Shown piece by piece: positions 28,890 through 38,038 of a stretch of DNA of 64,000 nucleotides. A model generated the notes under the pieces. It worked only from the letters and a program-made list of their open reading frames with translations. It did no database searches and was not told where the DNA came from. The stretch's first letter is position 1. Each line of letters opens with the position of its first letter. Made by a program: the position numbers and the translations under genes. Source of the stretch: Bdellovibrionales bacterium. Its GTDB lineage: Bacteria; Bdellovibrionota; Bdellovibrionia; Bdellovibrionales; JAUICD01. The stretch is taken from positions 1,358,039-1,422,038 of the forward strand of contig OZ241914.1 of assembly GCA_965203875.1 (NCBI GenBank). Direction: 5' to 3'.

Positions 28890-29222
28890 GCGACTGGACG
28901 CATTTGCTGGCTTACAGCCAGCCGCTTGAACAAAAGCTAACAGTAAACTACGAAAACCTATTGTTCGATAACAACTTTCAGTTGGAGGCTTTTGCAACCT
29001 AACGGCTGCAGAACTTCGGAGTAACCAAGTTTTTCGTGATTCACATAAGCTTTTGAACCATCCATGGCGACTGGACGCATTTGCTGGCCAACCTACGGTT
29101 GGATCAGTTTGCTGGCCTTCGGCCAGCCTCTTAAACGAAAAATTAACTTGCGACTGCGGAGCTTTATAAAAACCAACCTTCGGCCCAATCAATCTGCCGG
29201 CTTTCAGCCGGCCCTTTAAAAG
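28890..29222. repeat. SR-3 cluster of REP-like short GC-rich hairpins
   Basis: gcgactggacgcatttgctgg occurs twice (28890, 29066). Hairpins present are gctggct-tac-agccagc, ccaacc-tac-ggttgg, gctggcc-ttc-ggccagc and gccggc-tttc-agccggc. The same family is found at 63706-63906. Confidence 0.85.
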
Positions 29223-29485
29223 AAAAGTATTTTTAAAACGAATAAATAAAGATCTTAAAAAAAACAAAATAAAAACCTAAAACTTAAAACCAAACTTACC
29301 AAACTCTAAATTCTACGACAAAAAACCCTTTTCACAAAGAAAAACAAAACTAAGTCCAGAAAAATACCCCTCACACACATATAAATTATCACATTGAGAC
29401 AGTACCTTCTGATACAGTACCTTTCATTTACAAAAAGGTAACCACGACATATTAAGCAGACTAAAATATGCAAGCTACAACAATA

Positions 29486-29565
29486 AAAGATGGGTGTATG
29501 GTTTAGAGAGGCTTTCAAGCTGCTCGAAAGAGCAGCGTACCTCGACAAACCATACACCCATCTTT
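29486..29565. repeat. SR-2 element (opposite orientation): a 42-bp conserved core flanked by perfect 19-bp inverted repeats
   Basis: aaagatgggtgtatggttt (29486-29504) and aaaccatacacccatcttt (29547-29565) are exact reverse complements. The reverse complement of the core is gtcgaggtacgctgctc-tttc-gagcagcttgaaagcctctct. This nearly matches the 22191-22232 core except for the loop. Confidence 0.9.
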
Positions 29566-29601
29566 GTTCTAGTAATAAACTTCCAAAAAATTTTTTGGAG
29601 T

Positions 29602-30102
29602 CTACCTTGATGATAAGCTGCTTTGGCATTTTACAAAGCTATCTTGGAAGCTACATAGTTTACGTGTTCTGCTCCCTTGATGAGTGGAGTCTTCATAGAA
29701 AAAACTTTTGTCATCTCTCCATCTGATATACTTTGTTATTGCCCCATGAGTGTTTATTTTTTGCCACGTTAGTATTTTTTTATCTTTTATGACTACAAAA
29801 TAAAGACTTCCCCACCAATTTCTATCATATTCCATATATACAACTTTTTGATTAGGTTTGTGGATATTTGTACAAACAGTAATATCAGGATTACTATATC
29901 TTCTAATATAACTGTCCTTTTGCCTTCTTGAAATAGACAAGTTATTGTAATGCGTACCTATCTCTTCTATAAACCTTTGTTTGAGTTTGCTTACAACGGT
30001 ACTATCTGTGTCTATGTTTTCTGACCTGCATATGGAAGATTTGGCTTCAACTATGTAAAACAAAAATAACATAATACATAAAATAAAATATTTTGGACCC
30101 AT
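29602..30102 (-). CDS. Small hypothetical secreted protein
   Basis: I prefer the internal ATG at 30102, giving MGPKYFILCIMLFLFYIVEA/KS, a plausible signal peptide. No family recognised. Confidence 0.5.
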   Translation of the reverse strand: MGPKYFILCIMLFLFYIVEAKSSICRSENIDTDSTVVSKLKQRFIEEIGTHYNNLSISRRQKDSYIRRYSNPDITVCTNIHKPNQKVVYMEYDRNWWGSLYFVVIKDKKILTWQKINTHGAITKYIRWRDDKSFFYEDSTHQGSRTRKLCSFQDSFVKCQSSLSSR

Positions 30103-30169
30103 AGATAATGTGAAATTATATAATATTTCTTTTGTGAGATGAATAAATAATATACGCATAAAATAAAGA

Positions 30170-30246
30170 TGGTGATTCGGCCAGGACTCGAACCTGGAAC
30201 CCTCTGCTTAGAAGGCAGATGCTCTATCCAATTGAGCTACCGAACC
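30170..30246 (-). tRNA. tRNA-Arg (anticodon TCT)
   Basis: The reverse complement is ggttcggtagctcaattggatagagcatctgccttctaagcagagggttccaggttcgagtcctggccgaatcacca. It forms a cloverleaf with a 7-bp acceptor stem, anticodon loop CT-TCT-AA, T-loop TTCGAGT and an encoded CCA. Confidence 0.95.
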
Positions 30247-30340
30247 AAAAAACTAATTTATATTAAACCATAATTATACTTTCAAGTTAATTCTTGTAAG
30301 TTCCTTGACTCTGGTATTTTCTTAGTTGTAGTTAAGGTTT

Positions 30341-31192
30341 ATGAAAGCCATAATTCCCGTTGCTGGTTTAGGGACTAGGCTTCTGCCTGCCAGTAAAAAC
30401 ATCCCAAAGGAAATGCTACCTATAGTAGACAAGCCGTCAATTCTTTATGTGGTTGATGAAGCGGTGGCAGCTGGAATTGATGTCATAATATTTGTGCAAG
30501 GCCGTGGTAAGCATTCCATAGAAGATCTGTTTGATGTATCGTTCGAGCTGGAACATAGTTTAAAAAGAGCAAAAAAACTTTCCTATTTAAAGACAATTCA
30601 GGATATTTACAACAAAGTTGATATTGTGTCAGTGAGGCAAAAAAAGCCCCTTGGACTAGGGCATGCTGTTTACTGTGCCAGGCCTGTGATTGGAAATGAG
30701 CCATTTGCCGTCCTACTGCCAGATGAAATAATGATCCAACATAACACAACCAAAGCACTCATTTCAGTGTATAAAAAATACGAACAGCATACAGTTTCAG
30801 TTTTAAAGGTAGATCCTTCTGAGACAAGCAAGTATGGAATTGCTGATGTCAAACCTTTTAAGGATGATTTATACAAGGTCACAAAGGTTGTCGAAAAACC
30901 TAAAGTTAGCAAAAGCAACTGGATTTTACCCGGCCGGTATGTTTTTACCAGTGAAGTATTTGATATTATAAATGACCTTCCTACCAATAATTCAGAAGAG
31001 ATTGGTTTGGCTGAAGCTTTAAATACTATAGCTCTTAGAAAGAATTTGATTGCACAAGAATGTAAAAGCCTAAGGTTTGATGTAGGTGATAAGTTAGGTT
31101 TTTTAAAGGCAAACATTAGAATGAGCCTGGAACATTCGGAGATTTCAGACGGTGTTAAAAATTATCTAAAAATCTTAACTGATAAATTATAA
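30341..31192 (+). CDS. galU: UTP--glucose-1-phosphate uridylyltransferase
   Basis: KAIIPVAGLGTRLLPASKNIPKEMLPIVDKP, 283 aa. Confidence 0.92.
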   Translation: MKAIIPVAGLGTRLLPASKNIPKEMLPIVDKPSILYVVDEAVAAGIDVIIFVQGRGKHSIEDLFDVSFELEHSLKRAKKLSYLKTIQDIYNKVDIVSVRQKKPLGLGHAVYCARPVIGNEPFAVLLPDEIMIQHNTTKALISVYKKYEQHTVSVLKVDPSETSKYGIADVKPFKDDLYKVTKVVEKPKVSKSNWILPGRYVFTSEVFDIINDLPTNNSEEIGLAEALNTIALRKNLIAQECKSLRFDVGDKLGFLKANIRMSLEHSEISDGVKNYLKILTDKL

Positions 31193-31201
31193 TATCCACA
31201 C

Positions 31202-32692
31202 TTATAGTACTTCATCCATACTTTCTATGCGTGTTTGGTTATAAAAATACATCAATATTGAATTATGCATCCAAGGCGATCTAATATCATAAGGTACAAC
31301 CGCACCACTTTCTGTTGGTTTTTTATTAGGATCGTCCCATCCTCTGTGAGCCAAATGTATCGCACATTTTTGGCACATGCCTCTGCCATGTCCATACGCT
31401 AGTATTGTTCCACCGACATCTTTTTTTGTTTTTATCTTGCCTTTGGCATATTGACAATCTACCAATGAAGGAACTTGTCTAGGTTCTTGTTCAATAAGTA
31501 CATCTTTTCTGGGCGGATTGTGATCATCTAAAGTTCTTTGATTAGTACAACCAAAGTATTCGGTAAAGGCAGGTCTTAGTCCTGACTCAGATTCCACAAC
31601 TAAAATTTTATTCTTTGTGTCTCTAACGACTTTTTCAAAAAGTTTTATTTCAGCTTTAACACCAGGGTATACCTGATGTGCTGTTGTTGGCAAAAGGTCC
31701 CAAGTTCTGGGGTTATATTTTTTTGTTCTGGCTTCACTAGCTTTTAACACAGCATATGTTCTGGCTGCTATTACCTGTGCCTTTTTGGCTTCAGTATTTC
31801 CTCTCCCTTCTCTAAGTTCGCTGGAGATAACCGAGTGCATATAGTCGTACATATCAACCAAATTAACCACCGTCCATATTCTGGCTCTACTGGTTAAATA
31901 TCTGTGAGCATAGTTTATTTCAAAACTACCGCGATAAAAGTGGTTATTATTTTTCCCAAAATTGACCTTGCTAAATCCTGCTTTAAAATATTGATCATCG
32001 GTTGAACCATGTGCCAAAGATTCTAATCTCGATGAGTTGGTAGGGCTTATTAGTATTGAGCTCGAGGATGATTTTAATTTTCCTAAACTTAACTCTTCTT
32101 TACCTAAGTTACTGAATGAATCTTTGGTAAGCATCAACTTATTTTTTTCAGAAAGTAAATTTGTTGGATCTTCAAAATAAAATTCTATTTTTTTGAACTC
32201 ACCGTGCTGTTTAACTACCTTGCCGGTTGTCCAATCGATCTCTTGCACGTTTAATAGGTTATTATTTTCTATCGAGGTAAATTGGTTGATACCTTTTTTT
32301 ATTCTACTTGTTCTTTCAACTGGAAAAATTTTTACTCTGATAGTCTGGTACTCTTTTATACCGCCATCTAATGTTTTGATTGCACGTTCTAATTCTTTAA
32401 TTTCTTTTTCTAAAACAAGTTTTTTGTTATTTAGCTCACTCTTTAGTATAGAATTCTCATTGTTCTTTGGCATAGCTATAAATTCATCCTCTTGTTCAAC
32501 TTGTTCTGTTGAAATATCTAAACCTATTTGTGAGCTTATAAGTTTTAGAATGTTACTTTTGTGGGATTGTCTTAGTTCAGGCAGACTATCTATGTAGTTT
32601 AAAGTATCTTCTGGTATAACTATTTCGTCTTGATTTATTTTCAAATATACTATGATCGAGCAAATAATCACAACAAGTGCTAGTTTTTTCAT
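31202..32692 (-). CDS. SpoIID/LytB-domain protein (peptidoglycan-remodelling family), paralogue 1
   Basis: N-terminal anchor/signal and a coiled-coil. The C-terminal half carries AQVIAARTYAV ... TTAHQVYPG ... YGHGRGMCQKCAIHLAHRGW, a SpoIID-like pattern. Confidence 0.7.
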   Translation of the reverse strand: MKKLALVVIICSIIVYLKINQDEIVIPEDTLNYIDSLPELRQSHKSNILKLISSQIGLDISTEQVEQEDEFIAMPKNNENSILKSELNNKKLVLEKEIKELERAIKTLDGGIKEYQTIRVKIFPVERTSRIKKGINQFTSIENNNLLNVQEIDWTTGKVVKQHGEFKKIEFYFEDPTNLLSEKNKLMLTKDSFSNLGKEELSLGKLKSSSSSILISPTNSSRLESLAHGSTDDQYFKAGFSKVNFGKNNNHFYRGSFEINYAHRYLTSRARIWTVVNLVDMYDYMHSVISSELREGRGNTEAKKAQVIAARTYAVLKASEARTKKYNPRTWDLLPTTAHQVYPGVKAEIKLFEKVVRDTKNKILVVESESGLRPAFTEYFGCTNQRTLDDHNPPRKDVLIEQEPRQVPSLVDCQYAKGKIKTKKDVGGTILAYGHGRGMCQKCAIHLAHRGWDDPNKKPTESGAVVPYDIRSPWMHNSILMYFYNQTRIESMDEVL

Positions 32693-32759
32693 AACAAAAA
32701 TTTTAACACATCTAAAAGTAAGTTTTGAAACAAGTCTACACTAAAGGCTTACTTTGGGC

Positions 32760-34469
32760 TTAGTCCAGAGCATCTGTTAGTTTATAGATATTAGATTCAT
32801 TGTAGAAGTACTGTAGTATATCTCTGTGATTCCAAGGTGCTGTATAGTTTGATGGATAAGTGGCTTCTTCTGTTGGACGTTTTGTATTATCATCCCAACC
32901 TCTGGTAGCCAGGTGGATAGCACACTCTTGGCACATTCCTCTACCATGCCCGTATGCTCTTACTCTACCCAGCATATCTTTTTTAACTCTCATTTGACTT
33001 CTAGAATATCTACAGTTTACAGTTTCTGGCACCATCCTAGATGTTAACTCTGGAGCACATACTGTTGGGTTACTCTGTCTACAGGTTGGTGGATACAACG
33101 TTCTTTCGTTTGTACAACCAAAATATTCCGAGGCAACTAGTCTTGTATCTCCATCTGTATTTTTTGTCGCTAGTATATCGTGCCTGGTGTCTATAACCGC
33201 CTGTCTAAAATGTGATATTTCAGCTTTGACTCCTAGGTATGCTTGATTAGCTGTTGTTGGTAGAACATCCCATAGTCTGGGTATTCTACCCGTCCTGGCT
33301 ACCTCTGCTATGCCCACAGTATATGTTCTAGTTGCAATTACTTGTGCTGATCTTGCTTGATCATAGCCGTCTCTATCAACGGCTGATTTTGCCAGCTCTT
33401 TAGATGAAACGGAAGTTACGTAATCTTCCATGTCAACTAGATTTATAATCGACCATATTCTATACCTTGGGTTAGTTCTATATCTATGTGCATAAGCAAC
33501 TTCAAAGTCACCTCTATAAAAGTAACTGTGCTCCTGTACATCTGATCCATTTCTGTTAAAGCTGCCTTGCCATTTTACGTTTGTAAAACCTGCTTGAAGA
33601 TATACTTCATCTTCTTCCTCTGTTCCGTCAAAATCGATTCCTTCTTCATTTGGTCTAGTGGTGGGTGTAATTATTAGAGATCTGGATTTATATTTGTTGG
33701 TGTTGTTTGCACCTGACCCATCTGCTAATGTATTTAAACTAACAGTTGTGCTATTACCAGATTTGTTTGTTAATGTGGCTACATTTGTACCGGAAAGTTG
33801 ATCAGCTGGCTGTCCGAATGTGAGATCCACTTTTTGAAAGTTACCAAATTCTTTTACAATGTCACCTGTAGACATATCCATTTCGCTGACATCAAATCCG
33901 TTGTAGTTTTCTAACGTGACATTTCTTAAATGTTGTCTAGGAACCCAAGGGTATGGTTCATAAATGCGATTATTTATTTTTTCTATAGGAAAAACTTTAA
34001 CCTTAACTACTTGATAACTTTTATAACCCTCCGACATTGTTTGTAGTGCTCTGCTGTACTCCATAATTTGCAGCCCAAGTATCGAGTTAATATTTTCACT
34101 TCTATCCAAATCTGGTGCATCATTCATAGGTGGCCTAGCTATTCTGGTTTTATCTTGAGGCATAAGTTCCTCATATGATTTTATGTTAGGACGAGCTATT
34201 ATAGGATTACTATCAGTTGTACTAGTTGTGTAATGCATAATATTTGTTGCAGGTCTACTAATACCTTTTGGTTTATTCTGCATTGATCTTAATCTACTAA
34301 GAGTTCTTGTATGTGATTGTCTAAGAGCAGGTCTTGTTTGTGAAAATTTCCAATCCATTTCTGAAGCTTGATGATTCACATACACTACGCTATAGCTTGG
34401 ATCTGTTGCACAGTTTGGAAATACCAAAGATAGTATTAGCACTAGGTTTAATAAAAATATACGCTTCAT
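32760..34469 (-). CDS. SpoIID/LytB-domain protein, paralogue 2
   Basis: Collinear with 31202..32692 (AQVIATRTYTV, TTANQAYLG, YGHGRGMCQECAIHLATRGW) and has a signal peptide. Confidence 0.7.
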   Translation of the reverse strand: MKRIFLLNLVLILSLVFPNCATDPSYSVVYVNHQASEMDWKFSQTRPALRQSHTRTLSRLRSMQNKPKGISRPATNIMHYTTSTTDSNPIIARPNIKSYEELMPQDKTRIARPPMNDAPDLDRSENINSILGLQIMEYSRALQTMSEGYKSYQVVKVKVFPIEKINNRIYEPYPWVPRQHLRNVTLENYNGFDVSEMDMSTGDIVKEFGNFQKVDLTFGQPADQLSGTNVATLTNKSGNSTTVSLNTLADGSGANNTNKYKSRSLIITPTTRPNEEGIDFDGTEEEDEVYLQAGFTNVKWQGSFNRNGSDVQEHSYFYRGDFEVAYAHRYRTNPRYRIWSIINLVDMEDYVTSVSSKELAKSAVDRDGYDQARSAQVIATRTYTVGIAEVARTGRIPRLWDVLPTTANQAYLGVKAEISHFRQAVIDTRHDILATKNTDGDTRLVASEYFGCTNERTLYPPTCRQSNPTVCAPELTSRMVPETVNCRYSRSQMRVKKDMLGRVRAYGHGRGMCQECAIHLATRGWDDNTKRPTEEATYPSNYTAPWNHRDILQYFYNESNIYKLTDALD

Positions 34470-34666
34470 AATTTCTTAACTCTCAATAAATACTATCAAA
34501 TAAGAGAAAAATTGATACTTGGACCAGACCTATAAACAGTATGTATTTGATACAATACCAAATCTTTTTTTAAGCCATACAATTATAGATGTCTTTTAAC
34601 TAGGTTTATCAAGCTGCATTTATAGCTTGTCAAAAGCTATAGTGATACTTTAGTCTTACCAGTGCA

Positions 34667-35236
34667 ATGAGACAAATATCTGAAATCAAAATAAGCATAG
34701 AAGACACCCCTAACCCTTGTACAAAAAAATTCTTATTTAGCAAGGTTATATCTGAAAAAACTTTTGAGTTCAAGGAAGCTTTAGAGGCAGCACCTTCTCC
34801 TTTAGCAATGAAGATATTTGGTTTTCCCTGGGCTGAGTCTGTTATGATCGGACCAAATTTTGTATCTGTCAGTAAGCAAGATTGGGTTGATTGGGAAATA
34901 ATTCAAGAGCCACTTTCACAGATTTTATTAGATCACATAAAATCTGGTGAGGATATAATCACTTCATCTATAAAAACCGAAGATGAGAATAGTGTATTAG
35001 CAACGGATTCTGATGAAGTTAAAACCATAAAAAATGTTTTAAATCAGTACATCAGGCCTGCTGTAATGATGGATGGTGGAGATGTCATTTTTAAAAAATA
35101 TGAGGATAGGATACTGTATTTAGATCTTATAGGTGCTTGTTCAGGGTGCCCTAGCTCAACACAAACCTTAAAAGGTGGAGTTGAGAGAATTTTAAAGAAA
35201 TATCTGCCTGATATCGCAGGGGTTGTAGCAATTTAA
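34667..35236 (+). CDS. Nfu/NifU-like Fe-S cluster scaffold/carrier protein
   Basis: An Nfu_N-like N-terminal half plus a NifU C-terminal domain with the CSGCPSS (CxxC) motif. Confidence 0.8.
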   Translation: MRQISEIKISIEDTPNPCTKKFLFSKVISEKTFEFKEALEAAPSPLAMKIFGFPWAESVMIGPNFVSVSKQDWVDWEIIQEPLSQILLDHIKSGEDIITSSIKTEDENSVLATDSDEVKTIKNVLNQYIRPAVMMDGGDVIFKKYEDRILYLDLIGACSGCPSSTQTLKGGVERILKKYLPDIAGVVAI

Positions 35237-35284
35237 TACATATAAGGTATTGACACCTGTTACATTGATACACATGTTTTCTAC

Positions 35285-37426
35285 ATGAGTGATGAAAAGA
35301 AGTTTTTAGAAAAACACGGACGCAATCTTGTAGCAGAAGCTTCAAAAGGTAAGCTTGATCCGGTTATAGGAAGAAATGATGAGATAAGAAGAGTTATTAG
35401 AGTCTTATCCAGAAAAACCAAGAATAACCCAGTCCTAATAGGAGAGCCTGGTGTTGGAAAAACAGCCATTGCAGAAGGATTAGCTCAAAGAATTGTAGCA
35501 GAGGACGTACCAGACGGGTTAAAAGATAAAAAGGTATTTTCTTTAGATGTAAGCTCACTTATTGCTGGTGCAAAATTCATGGGTGAATTTGAAGAGCGTC
35601 TAAAAGGTGTATTAAATGAAGTCAAAAATGCAGATGGTCAAATTATTTTATTCATAGATGAGTTACATACAATAGTAGGAGCTGGAAAGACAAACGGTGC
35701 CATGGACGCCGGACAAATACTTAAACCAATGCTTGCCAGAGGAGAACTTCGCTGCATAGGTGCTACAACACTAGATGAGTATAGACAATACATCGAAAAA
35801 GATGCTGCACTTGAAAGAAGATTTCAGCCTGTCAAAATTGAACCACCCAACGTAGATGATGCAATTTCGATATTAAGAGGACTAAAAGAAAGATTTGAAG
35901 TATATCATGGTGTTAAGATTCATGATTCTGCAATTGTAGCTGCATCTAAGTTATCTGATAGATACATAACTGGAAGATTTTTACCCGATAAAGCCATTGA
36001 TCTCATAGATGAGGCGTGTGCAATGATCAGGACAGAATTAGATTCAAGCCCTACCGAATTGGACATAAAAAATAGAAAACTAATGCAGTTAGAAATAGAA
36101 AAAAGAGCGTTAAAAAACGAAAGTGATCAGGCAAGTAAAGCAAGGTTAAAAGATGTCATAGAAGAGTTAAAATCAACAAAAGCACAAGCTGTCGAACTTG
36201 AAAACAAATGGAAAAAAGAAATTAAAGAATTAAAAGCAATACGAGATCTTAGAAAAAAAATAGAGAGTGTAAAAAACCAAATTGCTCTATACGAAAGAGA
36301 GTATAACTTAGCAAAAGTAGCCGAACTAAAATTTGGTCTATTGCCGAACTTAGTAAAAAATTTGGAGAATGCAGAAAAAGAAACAAAGTTAGAATTAATT
36401 TTTGAATCTGTGACAGAAAACCATATAGCAAATGTTGTGTCCAAATGGACAGGTATACCTGTTACCAACTTATTAAAAAAAGAGCGTATAAAATTATTAG
36501 AGTTAGCTAAAAAACTACACCAAAAAATAGTAGGCCAAGATCAAGCTGTAAAACTTGTATCAGACAGTATAATTAGAGCTAGATCAGGCATAAAAGATCC
36601 AAATAGACCAATAGGGTCATTTATTTTCTTAGGACCAACTGGTGTTGGAAAAACGGAACTTGCCAGAGTGTTAGCAGCAGAGCTTGAAAAAAAAGTTGTT
36701 AGAATCGACATGAGTGAACTTATGGACAAACACTCAGTAAGCAAACTAATAGGTGCACCTCCAGGTTATGTTGGCTATGATGAAGGAGGCAAACTAACAG
36801 AAGCTGTGAGAAGAAATCCATATTCAATAATACTGTTTGATGAAATGGAAAAAGCTCACAAAGATGTACTAAATTTATTACTTCAAATATTGGATTATGG
36901 AAATGTTACAGACTCTCAAGGCAGAGAAGTAGACTTTAGAAATACCGTGATAATAATGACATCCAATATAGGTTCACATAGTCTACTTAAATGTAAAAAC
37001 ACAATAACAGACAGTATAAAAGCCGAGGTTTTTGAACAGCTTAATAGAGAGTTTAGGCCTGAATTTCTAAATAGAATAGATGAAATAGTTTTGTTTACTC
37101 CTTTGAATGAACAAGAGTTGGAACAAATATTAGATATGCTTGTAGATCAAATTCAGAAAAGACTTGAAGATAAGGATATACATATAGAGCTATCCACAAG
37201 TGCTAAAAAACACTTTTTACAAAAAGGATACGATCCCGTATATGGAGCAAGACCATTGAAACGAGTTTTACAAAGAGAGCTTGAAACCTTTGTAGCTAAT
37301 CAAATGATATCTGGACAAATCACAAAAGGTAATTATGTAGTTTCATACAACAACGGAAAACTTGAAAGCTCAATCTATCATGGAGATTCATCCAACCCTT
37401 CGGTTGAGAAGCTTATTGGATGTTAA
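35285..37426 (+). CDS. clpB: ClpB-type disaggregase lacking the N-terminal domain
   Basis: 713 aa. It starts at the NBD1 linker ([41 protein letters not shown]). It has the coiled-coil M-domain and NBD2 ([24 protein letters not shown]). No N-domain coding capacity lies between it and nfu (48 bp). Confidence 0.9.
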   Translation: MSDEKKFLEKHGRNLVAEASKGKLDPVIGRNDEIRRVIRVLSRKTKNNPVLIGEPGVGKTAIAEGLAQRIVAEDVPDGLKDKKVFSLDVSSLIAGAKFMGEFEERLKGVLNEVKNADGQIILFIDELHTIVGAGKTNGAMDAGQILKPMLARGELRCIGATTLDEYRQYIEKDAALERRFQPVKIEPPNVDDAISILRGLKERFEVYHGVKIHDSAIVAASKLSDRYITGRFLPDKAIDLIDEACAMIRTELDSSPTELDIKNRKLMQLEIEKRALKNESDQASKARLKDVIEELKSTKAQAVELENKWKKEIKELKAIRDLRKKIESVKNQIALYEREYNLAKVAELKFGLLPNLVKNLENAEKETKLELIFESVTENHIANVVSKWTGIPVTNLLKKERIKLLELAKKLHQKIVGQDQAVKLVSDSIIRARSGIKDPNRPIGSFIFLGPTGVGKTELARVLAAELEKKVVRIDMSELMDKHSVSKLIGAPPGYVGYDEGGKLTEAVRRNPYSIILFDEMEKAHKDVLNLLLQILDYGNVTDSQGREVDFRNTVIIMTSNIGSHSLLKCKNTITDSIKAEVFEQLNREFRPEFLNRIDEIVLFTPLNEQELEQILDMLVDQIQKRLEDKDIHIELSTSAKKHFLQKGYDPVYGARPLKRVLQRELETFVANQMISGQITKGNYVVSYNNGKLESSIYHGDSSNPSVEKLIGC

Positions 37427-37563
37427 ATCTTTGTCTCAATCTATTTAAGTGCTCCAGGTTAAATATCCCACTTTAAAACAGTTAGAAAAGGTTGTAGATT
37501 TTTTAGACTTTTGTACTGTATGTTAGTTGGCTTAGAAAAAACCTACATGGTATATTATAGTTT

Positions 37564-38037
37564 ATGGGATTTTTGTTGATAGTAAGTATGTCATTGCCAA
37601 ATGCATTTGCAGACTTCAAATTTGATGATGTAGAAGAAGAGCTTAGAGCTATTAATGATAGTAACTATATAGAGCACCTAAAGGCTGAAAAATTACGTGC
37701 TAACAAACAGAGCGTAGCCAGAAAAGAACATACGCTATTAAGAAAAAAAACAGAGCAACTATACAAAAACTCAATAAAAGAGCATGTTAAACTTCGATCT
37801 TCTAGACCCAAGACAGATGATTCAAAATTAGAAGAGTTACATAATAAACAAGAGTTACTTAAAATTGAACAGCATAAAAAATTAAGAAAAGATTTTGTCT
37901 TACAAAGAAAAAATCAGCAAAAAAATACTGAAGTAAAAAACAAACTTATTAAAGCTAACCTTAAGAAAAATGCTCATATTTTAAATAGAGATAAGCCTAA
38001 GTTAGAACGAGTAGAAAAACATAAAAGGAAGTACTGA
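37564..38037 (+). CDS. Hypothetical Lys/Glu-rich coiled-coil protein
   Basis: 157 aa with a short hydrophobic N-terminus followed by highly charged sequence. Its stop overlaps the GTG start of the next gene. Confidence 0.45.
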   Translation: MGFLLIVSMSLPNAFADFKFDDVEEELRAINDSNYIEHLKAEKLRANKQSVARKEHTLLRKKTEQLYKNSIKEHVKLRSSRPKTDDSKLEELHNKQELLKIEQHKKLRKDFVLQRKNQQKNTEVKNKLIKANLKKNAHILNRDKPKLERVEKHKRKY

Positions 38038-38038
38038 G

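Noticed and set aside
28893-29267. The upstream ~125 codons of ORF 28599..29267 (MFFLRSLFIRFKN...PANASSR...PANASSR).
   Set aside because: This stretch is a translation of the SR-3 hairpin-repeat cluster. The duplicated peptide PANASSR comes from the duplicated DNA gcgactggacgcatttgctgg. It has no protein-like features, and only the last ~95 codons (from KTGGFTMLE) look coding.
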